A DNA stretch of 34,549 bases from a virus (Duplodnaviria > Caudoviricetes). Made by a program: the position numbers and the translations under genes. Location: the IMG/VR virus record IMGVR_UViG_3300036943_000097, positions 1-34,549 of that record. One strand, 5' to 3'. The notes under the pieces are model-generated. The model made no database searches, was not told the DNA's origin, and saw nothing but the letters and a program-made list of their open reading frames with translations. Below, piece after piece: positions 25,752 through 34,149 of this stretch. The stretch's first letter is position 1. Each line of letters opens with the position of its first letter.

Positions 25752-26383
25752 CGGGACACCCCGCAGATGTGGGCGTAGCGACACCAATGGCACCCCACCC
25801 CTGTAGCAGGGTATTCCTCCGAGCGGATCGTGGCGAGTGCCTTCTCCACTATAGTGGGGACGTAATCCACAGGATAGTCGGGTGCGGCGCTCACCTCTCC
25901 TGTCTGCAAATAGATGAACAGCACCCTCGGGGCGACAGCGCCGTTCTCCCGCATCAGGTGCTGATATACGGCCGCCTGATACCTCTCCCCCTCGGAGGGC
26001 TTCCCTGTCTTCCAGTCGATGACCGTATCACCATCGACCACATCAAGGCGGCCCATGAGGCGGATGCCGTTCACTTGGCAATCCAACTCCTTCTCCGCCT
26101 CCGCATGGTCAAGGGAAAGGAAGCACCTTATGGCGAGGTATTTCTCATAGCACCGCTTATAGCGGTCATACATCTCATCATCGAGGTCGGCGGTGAGGGC
26201 ACCATGGTCGGGATGCTCTCCGCCGATGTGCTTCTCGATGGCCTCGTGGACAGCCGAGCCGCAGTCGGCATAGCGGTTGTCCATCTCCCTCTCCTCTGCA
26301 CCGGTGGCATAATACCACCACCGCCGGGGACATTCCCGGAGGGTGTTGAGCTGCGATGCGGACAGATGCTCCACCTCCATCAC
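25748..26383 (-). CDS. PD-(D/E)XK exonuclease (RecB/Cas4-like)
   Basis: LSASQL..ECPRRW, GSAVH, GRLD, IDWKTG, QAAVY and C-terminal CHWCRYAHIC. Confidence 0.9.
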   Translation of the reverse strand: MMEVEHLSASQLNTLRECPRRWWYYATGAEEREMDNRYADCGSAVHEAIEKHIGGEHPDHGALTADLDDEMYDRYKRCYEKYLAIRCFLSLDHAEAEKELDCQVNGIRLMGRLDVVDGDTVIDWKTGKPSEGERYQAAVYQHLMRENGAVAPRVLFIYLQTGEVSAAPDYPVDYVPTIVEKALATIRSEEYPATGVGCHWCRYAHICGVSR

Positions 26384-26577
26384 TCATCCCCCCCGATGTT
26401 GCGGTCGAGCCAATCACGGAGCCGGATGGCCTGTGCCTTTGTGAGTATCTGCATACGGCTGTCCGTCCCACTCCTTCCCATGACCTCCACGAGCATCCCG
26501 GCATCATAATAGACGAATGTGGTACGGTCGCCTTCCGACTCGGGGTTGTCGAATGTGATGGCGATGTCATCCATCAC
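26380..26577 (-). CDS. Hypothetical protein
   Basis: 65 aa; abuts both neighbours. Confidence 0.65.
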   Translation of the reverse strand: MMDDIAITFDNPESEGDRTTFVYYDAGMLVEVMGRSGTDSRMQILTKAQAIRLRDWLDRNIGGDE

Positions 26578-27237
26578 TCACGCCTCCGGGAGGAACTGTA
26601 TGTCGTCATGCAGGGCGTTGTAGAGGGCTGTGAGGGCATCGTCATCCAACTGCGACACGACCTTCACCCCTGCCTTGTCAAGCGTCTCCTGTGTGAACCT
26701 GACGGCATAGCTGTTTATGGTTCGCAACCTCCCCACCTCGGTGAGCAGTCGGGTGCGCTCATCGTTCACCTTGTCGGCAGTCTTGAACTCCGCCGGAGGA
26801 GTGTCCCTGACGGGTGTCCTCTCCTTGCGTGGAGGTGCTGATGCGCCATCATCATCCTCTGTCGCCAACCCGAGGGCGGCCATGAGGGAGTAACGTCTGG
26901 CGTAGGTTATCGCACTGCCTGTCTTCTGCGCATCCATGCCGACGGGCAGTCGGGTGGGCTTGTGCGTCAGGAACTCCCCTGATGTGTGCATCAGAGTGGT
27001 GTAGGCGAGGACATCGTTCTCGGTGGTCTCTGCGGTCTGCATGACGGCAACGCCATGCTTACCGAGGATCGGCCTTGCCATTCCGAGGGCGTCAGCAAGG
27101 GTGGCATACTTGTAGCTGAATGAACCAGCCTTGGCGGTCTGCGTCTTGCTAACATCCACCAGCTCGGAGAGCGCCTCGGTCAATGCCTTGGCGAGTTCCC
27201 CGATGGATTCCGACCGGTCGATGAATGCCGACATCAT
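26578..27237 (-). CDS. erf: ERF-family single-strand annealing protein
   Basis: YKYATL and GSAITYARRYSLMAALGLATEDDDG signature. Confidence 0.93.
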   Translation of the reverse strand: MMSAFIDRSESIGELAKALTEALSELVDVSKTQTAKAGSFSYKYATLADALGMARPILGKHGVAVMQTAETTENDVLAYTTLMHTSGEFLTHKPTRLPVGMDAQKTGSAITYARRYSLMAALGLATEDDDGASAPPRKERTPVRDTPPAEFKTADKVNDERTRLLTEVGRLRTINSYAVRFTQETLDKAGVKVVSQLDDDALTALYNALHDDIQFLPEA

Positions 27238-27617
27238 CTCACCCTCACCCTCGGTGCGGTGGACCTCTCCACCACCAGGTCGTCTATGTCCCTCTTACCG
27301 AGGTGCTCCTCCAAGTCCTTGATGCCGATGCGTGGCTTGAACGAAGCCATCTTGGTCATCCTGATGACCTCATAGACGTCGGGATACTTGGACTCCACCA
27401 TCTCCGGGAGGACCTCCCTCCTCCCTCCCGTGTCCACGATGACACGCCTACCGTCGGAGGTAATCATGTTGTCACCGGACTCATAGAGGGCGAGGGCCTT
27501 CTCATTCCTAATCTTTGTCAATCCCTCCAAGTGCGAGGACAACTCCTCAATCTCGGAGGTGAGCATCGCCACCTCATCAGCGGTGACGCTCTCCGTCTTG
27601 CCTATGCAGTGTTGCAT
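27234..27617 (-). CDS. Hypothetical protein, first gene of the recombination operon
   Basis: 127 aa with an N-terminal coiled coil; leaderless start. Confidence 0.75.
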   Translation of the reverse strand: MQHCIGKTESVTADEVAMLTSEIEELSSHLEGLTKIRNEKALALYESGDNMITSDGRRVIVDTGGRREVLPEMVESKYPDVYEVIRMTKMASFKPRIGIKDLEEHLGKRDIDDLVVERSTAPRVRVR

Positions 27618-27647
27618 AATGTAGTATATACATTATCGTTATTTAAA
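27616..27647 (-). promoter_or_regulatory. TATA box plus palindromic operator
   Basis: TTTAAATA at 27647-27640; ATAATGTA-N5-TACATTAT at 27616-27636. Confidence 0.7.
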
Positions 27648-27648
27648 A

Positions 27649-27987
27649 TTATAGGTCGATGGGTCTCATCGGTTGCCGTTCACCGTTCCCGGTCTTGTAG
27701 TCCAGCACCTCGAAGAAGGACATGGCGAGCTTCCTGCCCACCTTCACCCGTGTGGCAAGGATTGGCGGTTTATCGTAATGACGGCAGTATGCCAGAAAGG
27801 TGTTCCATTCCGGAGGGCGCATCCCATTGGGAGTGGACTTGCATTGTATCCATACCTCATCACCGGAGGGCGACCATGCGTAGACATCGACGGGAGAGGA
27901 GGATGCGGATGAGCGTATCGCCGCCCACCCTTTGTCGAGGAAGTAGTGTTTCACCTGTCTTTCAAAGACCGTGCCTTTGTTGCTCAT
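27649..27987 (-). CDS. hjc: Archaeal-type Holliday junction resolvase
   Basis: MSNKGTVFERQV..GWAAIRSSAS..PVDV..IQCKST; ATGA overlap. Confidence 0.88.
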   Translation of the reverse strand: MSNKGTVFERQVKHYFLDKGWAAIRSSASSSPVDVYAWSPSGDEVWIQCKSTPNGMRPPEWNTFLAYCRHYDKPPILATRVKVGRKLAMSFFEVLDYKTGNGERQPMRPIDL

Positions 27988-28592
27988 ACAGGTATCAACC
28001 CCAATGCCGAGTATCCCAACAGGATGGCGATGCCTTCGACGATCGCCACCAACCCGATGACCATCAGTATCGGCCATGCGTTGAGTATGCGACCAACGGC
28101 CTCCAGCCCCGCCTCGGTCATGGAGAGGAGGTGGAACACCAGCACCGACACTGCTGCGGATATGAGTATCAGTCCGCTGACGCCGGTGAACTCTATCAGC
28201 CCACTCACGAAGATGGAGATTGAATAGTAGATGATGATGGCGACCAACAAGGAGATGGCGAATGCGATGTTCCACTTCAGCACCGGTCGCAGTGCCAAGG
28301 TGAACGATGCGACAGCACAGAACGCTATCGCAACCGTTCCCCAATCACCGATGAGGTACTGCACCACGCAGTAGAGTGCGAGGATGGGTGCCAGGATTAT
28401 GCCCATCAGCACCGATAGCCGGTAGGCCGCCTGTTTGGGATTGTCCACGTATGTCTTGGCTATCAGGGTGCAGAGCAACCCGGTGGTTATCAGCAATGCG
28501 ATGGGATAGTATCCCGTTGTCATGTCGCTCGGTGTCTGCGTGATATATGGCAATCCTGCCACGATGTCCTGTAATGCTTCGATAGGCATCAT
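27984..28592 (-). CDS. Polytopic membrane protein (about 6 TM, 202 aa)
   Basis: Almost entirely hydrophobic helices; start MMPIEAL after a GGTGA RBS. Confidence 0.78.
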   Translation of the reverse strand: MMPIEALQDIVAGLPYITQTPSDMTTGYYPIALLITTGLLCTLIAKTYVDNPKQAAYRLSVLMGIILAPILALYCVVQYLIGDWGTVAIAFCAVASFTLALRPVLKWNIAFAISLLVAIIIYYSISIFVSGLIEFTGVSGLILISAAVSVLVFHLLSMTEAGLEAVGRILNAWPILMVIGLVAIVEGIAILLGYSALGLIPV

Positions 28593-28753
28593 TTCTTCAC
28601 CCTCCATTGCGCCGCCCTTGCGGAGTACAGCATCCAGCCGATGAGCCCGCCGGTCACCATGGGGATGGCGTAATTCTTCGCCCATACCGCCAATGTCACT
28701 GTGGTATCATACACCGCCGTGACAATGCCTGTGTTCAATCCAATATCAATCAT
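28589..28753 (-). CDS. Small membrane protein (54 aa)
   Basis: Below the track cutoff: MIDIGLNTGIVTAVYDTTVTLAVWAKNYAIPMVTGGLIGWMLYSARAAQWRVKK; fills the gap exactly. Confidence 0.65.
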   Translation of the reverse strand: MIDIGLNTGIVTAVYDTTVTLAVWAKNYAIPMVTGGLIGWMLYSARAAQWRVKK

Positions 28754-28754
28754 A

Positions 28755-29018
28755 TCATTCCATCCATTTGGAGACCTTCTTCGCCAATCGACGGTAGGGG
28801 TTGCTCCTCGGCTTTATCATCTCCACCACCTCATCGAGGCCGAGGTTGGACATGGACACTTTCTCACTGATGTTCTCGACCTCATTGCGGAAGAGGCGTG
28901 CGAGGATGCCCTTGAAGTACCCCATCATAGCACCACTCGCTATGGTGGTAGCAGCCGCTAATAGATAGCCGAGTCCTTGGCCGAGTGTCGTGGGCAGGAT
29001 GTCGATGAGGAAGTCCAT
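28755..29018 (-). CDS. Membrane-anchored protein (87 aa)
   Basis: N-terminal hydrophobic helix followed by a charged tail. Confidence 0.7.
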   Translation of the reverse strand: MDFLIDILPTTLGQGLGYLLAAATTIASGAMMGYFKGILARLFRNEVENISEKVSMSNLGLDEVVEMIKPRSNPYRRLAKKVSKWME

Positions 29019-29027
29019 GCGTCATCA

Positions 29028-29609
29028 TCATTTCTGCTGACTGCGTCTCCACTCCAGGAAACGCTGATACTCCTCATCATCTTCCATGGACAGTTCCGCC
29101 TCCTCCTTGGCGGCCTTCTTGACCTTATCGGCTATCCTCCCCATCTTCTTCTTGGAGTTACCTGCGGTGTCACCGATTGCCTCGGACACCTTGTCCTCGA
29201 CCTCGTGCGGGTCTCCCGCACCGGTGGACAGGGACGCTTGGACGACATTCTTCAGGTCGGTGTGGGAATACTTGGCGACCCGACAGTTGAGGCAGTCCGA
29301 CCATATATGATCACGCTGTCCACCCGCCTCGGCATCGCAGAAGATGTGCATGGGTCTGGCGACCTCGATTATCCTGTCCTTGGCGTTCTGCTCATAATAG
29401 GTGCGATGCTCGCAGGGGAAGTCCTTCTCCAGCTTGGTCTCCAGCACCCACTGTCCCAAGAGCTTCAGTGCCGGGTTGGCCGCAGGGTCCTGCGCCATCT
29501 CCGCCATCGACAGTTGCGCCTTTATCTCGTTCTCCTTACCGTTCTTGACGGATAGCGCTTTGCTCAGGGCGTCGCTTCCGCTCTCCTTCTTCTCACCGAA
29601 TAGTGCCAT
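29028..29609 (-). CDS. Soluble protein with Cys/His motifs and a coiled-coil C-terminus
   Basis: CEH..C..CLNC; GGAGG RBS. Confidence 0.75.
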   Translation of the reverse strand: MALFGEKKESGSDALSKALSVKNGKENEIKAQLSMAEMAQDPAANPALKLLGQWVLETKLEKDFPCEHRTYYEQNAKDRIIEVARPMHIFCDAEAGGQRDHIWSDCLNCRVAKYSHTDLKNVVQASLSTGAGDPHEVEDKVSEAIGDTAGNSKKKMGRIADKVKKAAKEEAELSMEDDEEYQRFLEWRRSQQK

Positions 29610-29610
29610 C

Positions 29611-29715
29611 TCATATCCTCCCTATCAATACCGCCACCGTGGAGATGGCGAGGACGGCCACTCCCACGAGTGAGCCGTAGAACCATGCGTAATTGGCTAT
29701 GGTCAATATCTTCAT
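29611..29715 (-). CDS. 34-aa membrane peptide
   Basis: MKILTIANYAWFYGSLVGVAVLAISTVAVLIGRI; ATGA overlap. Confidence 0.62.
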   Translation of the reverse strand: MKILTIANYAWFYGSLVGVAVLAISTVAVLIGRI

Positions 29716-29855
29716 TCCTTCCTCCATGCCTTGTTCTCCGCCGCCAACGACAGCGCCAACCTTATCACCCTGCTCATGTGGATGCCTTCCTTCTTGCACC
29801 GCTCGTGCAGTTGTGATGGGATGCGGACGCTTATCATGGTGGACGGTTCGGCCAT
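29712..29855 (-). CDS. RHH regulator (47 aa)
   Basis: Below the track cutoff: MAEPSTMISVRIPSQLHERCKKEGIHMSRVIRLALSLAAENKAWRKE. Confidence 0.72.
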   Translation of the reverse strand: MAEPSTMISVRIPSQLHERCKKEGIHMSRVIRLALSLAAENKAWRKE

Positions 29856-29878
29856 TGTTTATTGAGTGTTTTATGTGT

Positions 29879-29886
29879 ATATATAA
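29879..29886 (-). promoter_or_regulatory. TATA box, membrane operon (leaderless)
   Basis: TTATATAT at -31..-24 from ATG 29855. Confidence 0.7.
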
Positions 29887-29887
29887 A

Positions 29888-30211
29888 TTACAGCAATCCT
29901 GCTTGGTCGAGGTTGGAGATTGACAGCCCTATCCACCATAGCGCAGAGAGCCACGTCACGCCGATGATGAGTGGGTCTTTCCTCCCGTCTTCTCCGACCT
30001 CGGCATAGACAAAGAGGAAGAGAGCAATCACTACCGCCTTGCCAACGAACAACAGCCACATCCCGTTAGGGAGGACGATGTCACGGAGAAACGGGTTAAC
30101 CTCTGAACCGATTCCGTAAATGTTGAGTGTGTACATGGTAGTGAGAGCATCGCCTATCGCACCGAGGACAAGAAAAGCGAACCCCCAAGCCAAGAGTTCT
30201 TCTCGGTTCAT
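29888..30211 (-). CDS. DUF5658-like membrane protein (3 TM)
   Basis: GDALTT...GSEVNP...K motif pattern, recalled for this family. Confidence 0.68.
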   Translation of the reverse strand: MNREELLAWGFAFLVLGAIGDALTTMYTLNIYGIGSEVNPFLRDIVLPNGMWLLFVGKAVVIALFLFVYAEVGEDGRKDPLIIGVTWLSALWWIGLSISNLDQAGLL

Positions 30212-30447
30212 AGGATGAACAGCCCTATGTCCCCAATATTTTCTCCGTCCGATGCCTCCCGTAAAGGTAGACCTTTTTCTGTGGAGGCGTATGCGAACAG
30301 TTTCCCACCAACGATTCGGACAGGGTATCCGTTGGATGACACGCCCATCGGAACAAACCCCACATTCGGAGGCTCACCCTCAACACTGACCGCCTTACCG
30401 CCACGCTGATACGATTTCACGGTGACAGTCTCAATCCTTATCCCCAT
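30208..30447 (-). CDS. Hypothetical protein, tail-associated position
   Basis: MGIRIETVTVKSYQRGG...; probable start 30447. Confidence 0.62.
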   Translation of the reverse strand: MGIRIETVTVKSYQRGGKAVSVEGEPPNVGFVPMGVSSNGYPVRIVGGKLFAYASTEKGLPLREASDGENIGDIGLFIL

Positions 30448-30634
30448 CTTCTCCCTCCTCGTTGATGTAATACAGGTCTCCAACCTTGACGGTTACGCCC
30501 TGTTCCCATGCGGACTTGCCGATTGCTTGGAACAAGGCATCCCTGACAAAGGAAACGGGTATCTCTATCGGCTCTGATGTTTCAAGGGTGAAGGCGACCT
30601 TCAACTCCTCGTTGCTTATCGTTCTGATGTTCAT
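30431..30634 (-). CDS. Hypothetical protein
   Basis: 67 aa directly after the hub gene; GGTGA RBS. Confidence 0.62.
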   Translation of the reverse strand: MNIRTISNEELKVAFTLETSEPIEIPVSFVRDALFQAIGKSAWEQGVTVKVGDLYYINEEGEDGDKD

Positions 30635-30638
30635 CTTA

Positions 30639-32414
30639 TCACCAACTGCTTATCGTTGCTGTTACAGCCGAGTCAATCCTTATCCATCCCGATGTGCTGT
30701 ATCCGAACACCAACTGATACCTGTCACGCCCTGAATAACTACTCCCCCTATCCCTTATCAGAATATCACCTGGTTGTGGATTGGGAGGGCTTGTTGACCT
30801 TACGGGGACACGGACACCGTTGGTTGTTCCAAAAGCATCGAGCCGTCTTGCTGATACGACAACATCATTGGTTGCTTCCAACGAGATACTTGCATAATTC
30901 CCCCTTGCTCGGATGTATATTGTTGGCCCACCTGGGGAGGGTAGGTCAAAGTCGCTGTTGACTATATAACCGCCAGAATCGGATGTATATGTTTGTGCAC
31001 CTGTGGAATTGACTTGCAACGACCCGAAACCGCCTGAAACAAACGCACCAAGCGTCACAACATCAGTTGTCCCAGACCTCCATTTAAGTTTCTCAGTATC
31101 CCCAAAGGCTGTCTGTGCATTTATCGTGATTCCTTTATTGTCGAGAATGACCCTATCCGCACCAGCCTTCAACCTCCCATCGGTGTCCATCCTCACCTGT
31201 TCCGTGCCATCATTGACGCCAGCCCAGATATAGACATCGTTGCCGAGGGCATCCTTCTTCTTGCCGAGGTAGAACCCCGTCAAGGTGTCGGGATCGAATC
31301 CCTCAAGGTCTTGGTCGCCATACACTTGGATGGCAACAGGTCGGCTCGATAGGTCGTTGCCGAGGGTTCCGTTATGCACCCTGTCAGCAACCTCCGAGGA
31401 CAGTTGCGACATATCCTGCCCTATGCCTTTGGAGATTCTTCCCCACTCGTAGGTCGTGCCATACAGGGGAAGGTGGTGTGTCACCCTCTCCAACGGCACG
31501 GCTGTGACCGATGTCGATGTGTAGTTGTCGGTGATGGTTCCGAGGTCGGTGATGTCGTAGGTGGGTTCCCATACCTTGTTGTCGCTACCGTCACGCTTAC
31601 GCTCGTTCACTTGATAGGATATTCCCGTGATGGGGTCTTTGTTGTCGATGATGAGTTGCGATGCGAGGTTGACTGCATCCTCTCTCACGGTGTTGGTGGA
31701 GGTGGTCGCCTCGGTGGTGAGTGACCTTCTCTCCTCTCTGCGTTCCCCATGCGTTGCGATTGACGTTGCATCGCTGTCGGTGACCTCCCCCATCTCGTAG
31801 AGGACACGCATGGAGTTGATGACATCCTCATTGTTACGAGTGACGACAGGTCTGCCGAGGACGTTGACGGATGGCGATGAACCGCCGAGGGTGATGGTCT
31901 TGGTCGACCCCGTGCCGATGAAGTATGCCTCCGATGAGGTGAAGAAGGCACGACGGCCGGTGAGGTCGGCGAGATACTTGATGACCTCCCAAGCGTTCTC
32001 CCCTGCCGGAATGGCGAGGTCGCCGTATGATGTCGCTGGTGCGGAGATGTCGCCCGATGCGTAGCCGAGGTCGGTGGCGAGGTCGGTGAACACCCCCTCC
32101 GGCGCAACTGCGGAATAGGCGGAGGTGGTCATGGCCTTCAATTGCACCGATTCATGCACGGCGGTGATGTGATACTCGTTGTCGGTCTTGTCGATGTCGG
32201 TTATCAGGAACGTTCCCTCGCCTGAGGCATAGACCTCGACGACCTTGCCCTCCTCGACGGTGGTGAGAGCATCGACGGTGTTAGCGGGCGATAGGACAAG
32301 GCGGAGGATTGGGAATGGTTGAGAGCGGCCTTGCGTCAGATCGTAGGACTGCACATACTTCAGGACGTCAACGCTATTGACCTTGACATACATGGCGGAA
32401 CGCAGTATGCTCAT
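30639..32414 (-). CDS. Tail tip / baseplate hub protein with a C-terminal spike or fibre region
   Basis: Second gene after the tape measure; hub-like ENAWEVIKYLADLTG and DATSIATHGER; beta-rich C-terminus. Confidence 0.75.
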   Translation of the reverse strand: MSILRSAMYVKVNSVDVLKYVQSYDLTQGRSQPFPILRLVLSPANTVDALTTVEEGKVVEVYASGEGTFLITDIDKTDNEYHITAVHESVQLKAMTTSAYSAVAPEGVFTDLATDLGYASGDISAPATSYGDLAIPAGENAWEVIKYLADLTGRRAFFTSSEAYFIGTGSTKTITLGGSSPSVNVLGRPVVTRNNEDVINSMRVLYEMGEVTDSDATSIATHGERREERRSLTTEATTSTNTVREDAVNLASQLIIDNKDPITGISYQVNERKRDGSDNKVWEPTYDITDLGTITDNYTSTSVTAVPLERVTHHLPLYGTTYEWGRISKGIGQDMSQLSSEVADRVHNGTLGNDLSSRPVAIQVYGDQDLEGFDPDTLTGFYLGKKKDALGNDVYIWAGVNDGTEQVRMDTDGRLKAGADRVILDNKGITINAQTAFGDTEKLKWRSGTTDVVTLGAFVSGGFGSLQVNSTGAQTYTSDSGGYIVNSDFDLPSPGGPTIYIRARGNYASISLEATNDVVVSARRLDAFGTTNGVRVPVRSTSPPNPQPGDILIRDRGSSYSGRDRYQLVFGYSTSGWIRIDSAVTATISSW

Positions 32415-32415
32415 C

Positions 32416-32826
32416 TCACCACCCCTTCGCCTCGTTCAGTTGGAGGTCGATGCTTATCTCATTGACACCGGGGCCGTAGGTGTATCCGAATGATGAAATC
32501 ACCACCGGGATTGTCTCCGATGGATAGTTGCCATCGCTGTCGGTGATTATTAGGTTCACGGTGTCGATGCCGTGGTCGAAGTCTGCGGCGTCGCTGTCCA
32601 CTATCGCCTTTATCGCCGCGATGAATGTCGCATTGGTGGAACCGCTGACGCTCTCCCTGTTGGCGGTGATGTTGATGGTGCGTATCGCACCGCTACCGGG
32701 GGTGACGATGGCGTCATCGGTCCCCGTGCCGGGTGATGAGTAGGTCTTGACCTGAGTGGTGATGGTGGAGGTGATGGACTGTATCTCTCCGATGTCATTA
32801 CCGTCAAGGGTAATACTCAATGTCAT
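32416..32826 (-). CDS. Distal tail (Dit-like) protein
   Basis: 136-aa beta-rich protein directly after the tape measure. Confidence 0.65.
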   Translation of the reverse strand: MTLSITLDGNDIGEIQSITSTITTQVKTYSSPGTGTDDAIVTPGSGAIRTINITANRESVSGSTNATFIAAIKAIVDSDAADFDHGIDTVNLIITDSDGNYPSETIPVVISSFGYTYGPGVNEISIDLQLNEAKGW

Positions 32827-33692
32827 GCGTAGTTCCTCCTGTTGCCATAGCGGTTGACGATGGTCTGCACCTGCCTCTCGAAATCATTCATGCCATAGAC
32901 GTTGCCGTTGAATTGGATTGTGATGCCGGACTGCATCTTATCGAGTGGGATTATCGCCTCCGGCCCTGCCTCTCCGACAAGTGCAGGGGTCGGCTCTGTG
33001 ACCACCCCGCCCTTGGCGAATGGGTAGAGGCCGAGGCTCTTCCAGCCGACCGCATCCTGTATGCTGGAGGATACATTGTCCACCGCACCGGATGCGACGT
33101 TCAGGCCTTCCTTGATTGCCTTGACCAGCTTATCGGGGAGGGTCTTCAGGAAATTGTAAATCTTCGGCACCGTTTCAAGGATGGTCTTGAGGTTGTTCTT
33201 GAGTGATGTCATCATCGCCGTGAGGTATGCCGACAGTGCCGCCTTGAGTGCCCAGGTCAACGCACCCCAGAATCCCTGCTCTCCGAAGACCTTGTTGAAG
33301 CCTTGGGCGAAGCGAATTGCCGACTTGGCAAGAGGGACTAACCAACGTGCGACCATGTTGCCGATAGGCAGAAGGAACATATCAATGGCGACTTTGAACA
33401 TATTGAGCACGCCTGCCAACATGGGCGAGGATTGGGCAAGACGCTTGAGCACCATGCCGATACCGAGCACCAAGACGCCTACTCCTGCCGCCACCAATGC
33501 GAGGGATGCCGCCATCCCTGCCAACGCCTTGCCGATTCCGCCGCCCGCCAACAGTCCTCCCGCAGTGCTTCCTCCTCCACCAGACGCCCTCGCAGTGGGT
33601 GCCTTGGCGGTGGTCTTGCCGAGCTGGGACTGCATCCTCTTGGTCGCAGACTTGTCCAACATGGGTTTTATCAGGACTTTGAGTTCACTCAT
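32823..33692 (-). CDS. Tape measure protein (short, 289 aa)
   Basis: Ala/Gly/Leu-rich helices; FAKGGVVTEPTPALVGEAGPEAIIPL C-terminal motif; follows the chaperone genes. Confidence 0.85.
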   Translation of the reverse strand: MSELKVLIKPMLDKSATKRMQSQLGKTTAKAPTARASGGGGSTAGGLLAGGGIGKALAGMAASLALVAAGVGVLVLGIGMVLKRLAQSSPMLAGVLNMFKVAIDMFLLPIGNMVARWLVPLAKSAIRFAQGFNKVFGEQGFWGALTWALKAALSAYLTAMMTSLKNNLKTILETVPKIYNFLKTLPDKLVKAIKEGLNVASGAVDNVSSSIQDAVGWKSLGLYPFAKGGVVTEPTPALVGEAGPEAIIPLDKMQSGITIQFNGNVYGMNDFERQVQTIVNRYGNRRNYA

Positions 33693-33901
33693 CGTTTCGC
33701 CTTCTTGTGTTCGATCCGCTCAATCTCCGCCTCTGCGGACTGGCATTGCATGAATAAGGAGTAGTATCTCACCGGCATATCCCACGGGGTCAGCCCCGCC
33801 TTCATCATGCTGTACTCCCCCCATGCTCGGCACACATCCTCTCCCCTTCCCTTAATCAGTCTGCGGTGTCGGATGCCGGCTGGTTCCGGTCGCCCAAAGG
33901 G
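33689..33901 (-). CDS. Tail assembly chaperone -1 frameshift extension (gpT-like)
   Basis: The -1 frame is open for 70 codons from slippery site C CCT TTG (33901-33895) to a TGA overlapping the tape measure ATG. Confidence 0.75.
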   Translation of the reverse strand, partial: PFGRPEPAGIRHRRLIKGRGEDVCRAWGEYSMMKAGLTPWDMPVRYYSLFMQCQSAEAEIERIEHKKAKR

Positions 33902-34149
33902 TCGTTGGCCTCCCCGATGCCTTCCACTATCTTTATGGAGGTGTGCATCGGCAGGTCGAGGACACCGTCGACGGTGAGGTCGAAGGGTGCTTCAGCGACA
34001 CCGTGCATCACGTTGGCGACGGTCTCGGCGACCTCCTCGGAGTATCCCGCCTTGATGAGCTTCGCCTTCTCCCTCAATGCGTTGTCCAAGTCCCTCAGCG
34101 ACATCATCTTCAGGATGACATCTCCTATATCGGTTTCTATGACCTTCAT
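33856..34149 (-). CDS. Tail assembly chaperone (gpG-like)
   Basis: 97 aa between the tail tube and tape measure genes; slippery heptamer near its 3' end. Confidence 0.8.
   Translation of the reverse strand: MKVIETDIGDVILKMMSLRDLDNALREKAKLIKAGYSEEVAETVANVMHGVAEAPFDLTVDGVLDLPMHTSIKIVEGIGEANDPLGDRNQPASDTAD

Noticed and set aside
25748-26383. cas4 of a CRISPR-Cas system
   Set aside because: No cas1, cas2 or array is present, and it lies next to erf, as expected for a viral recombination exonuclease.
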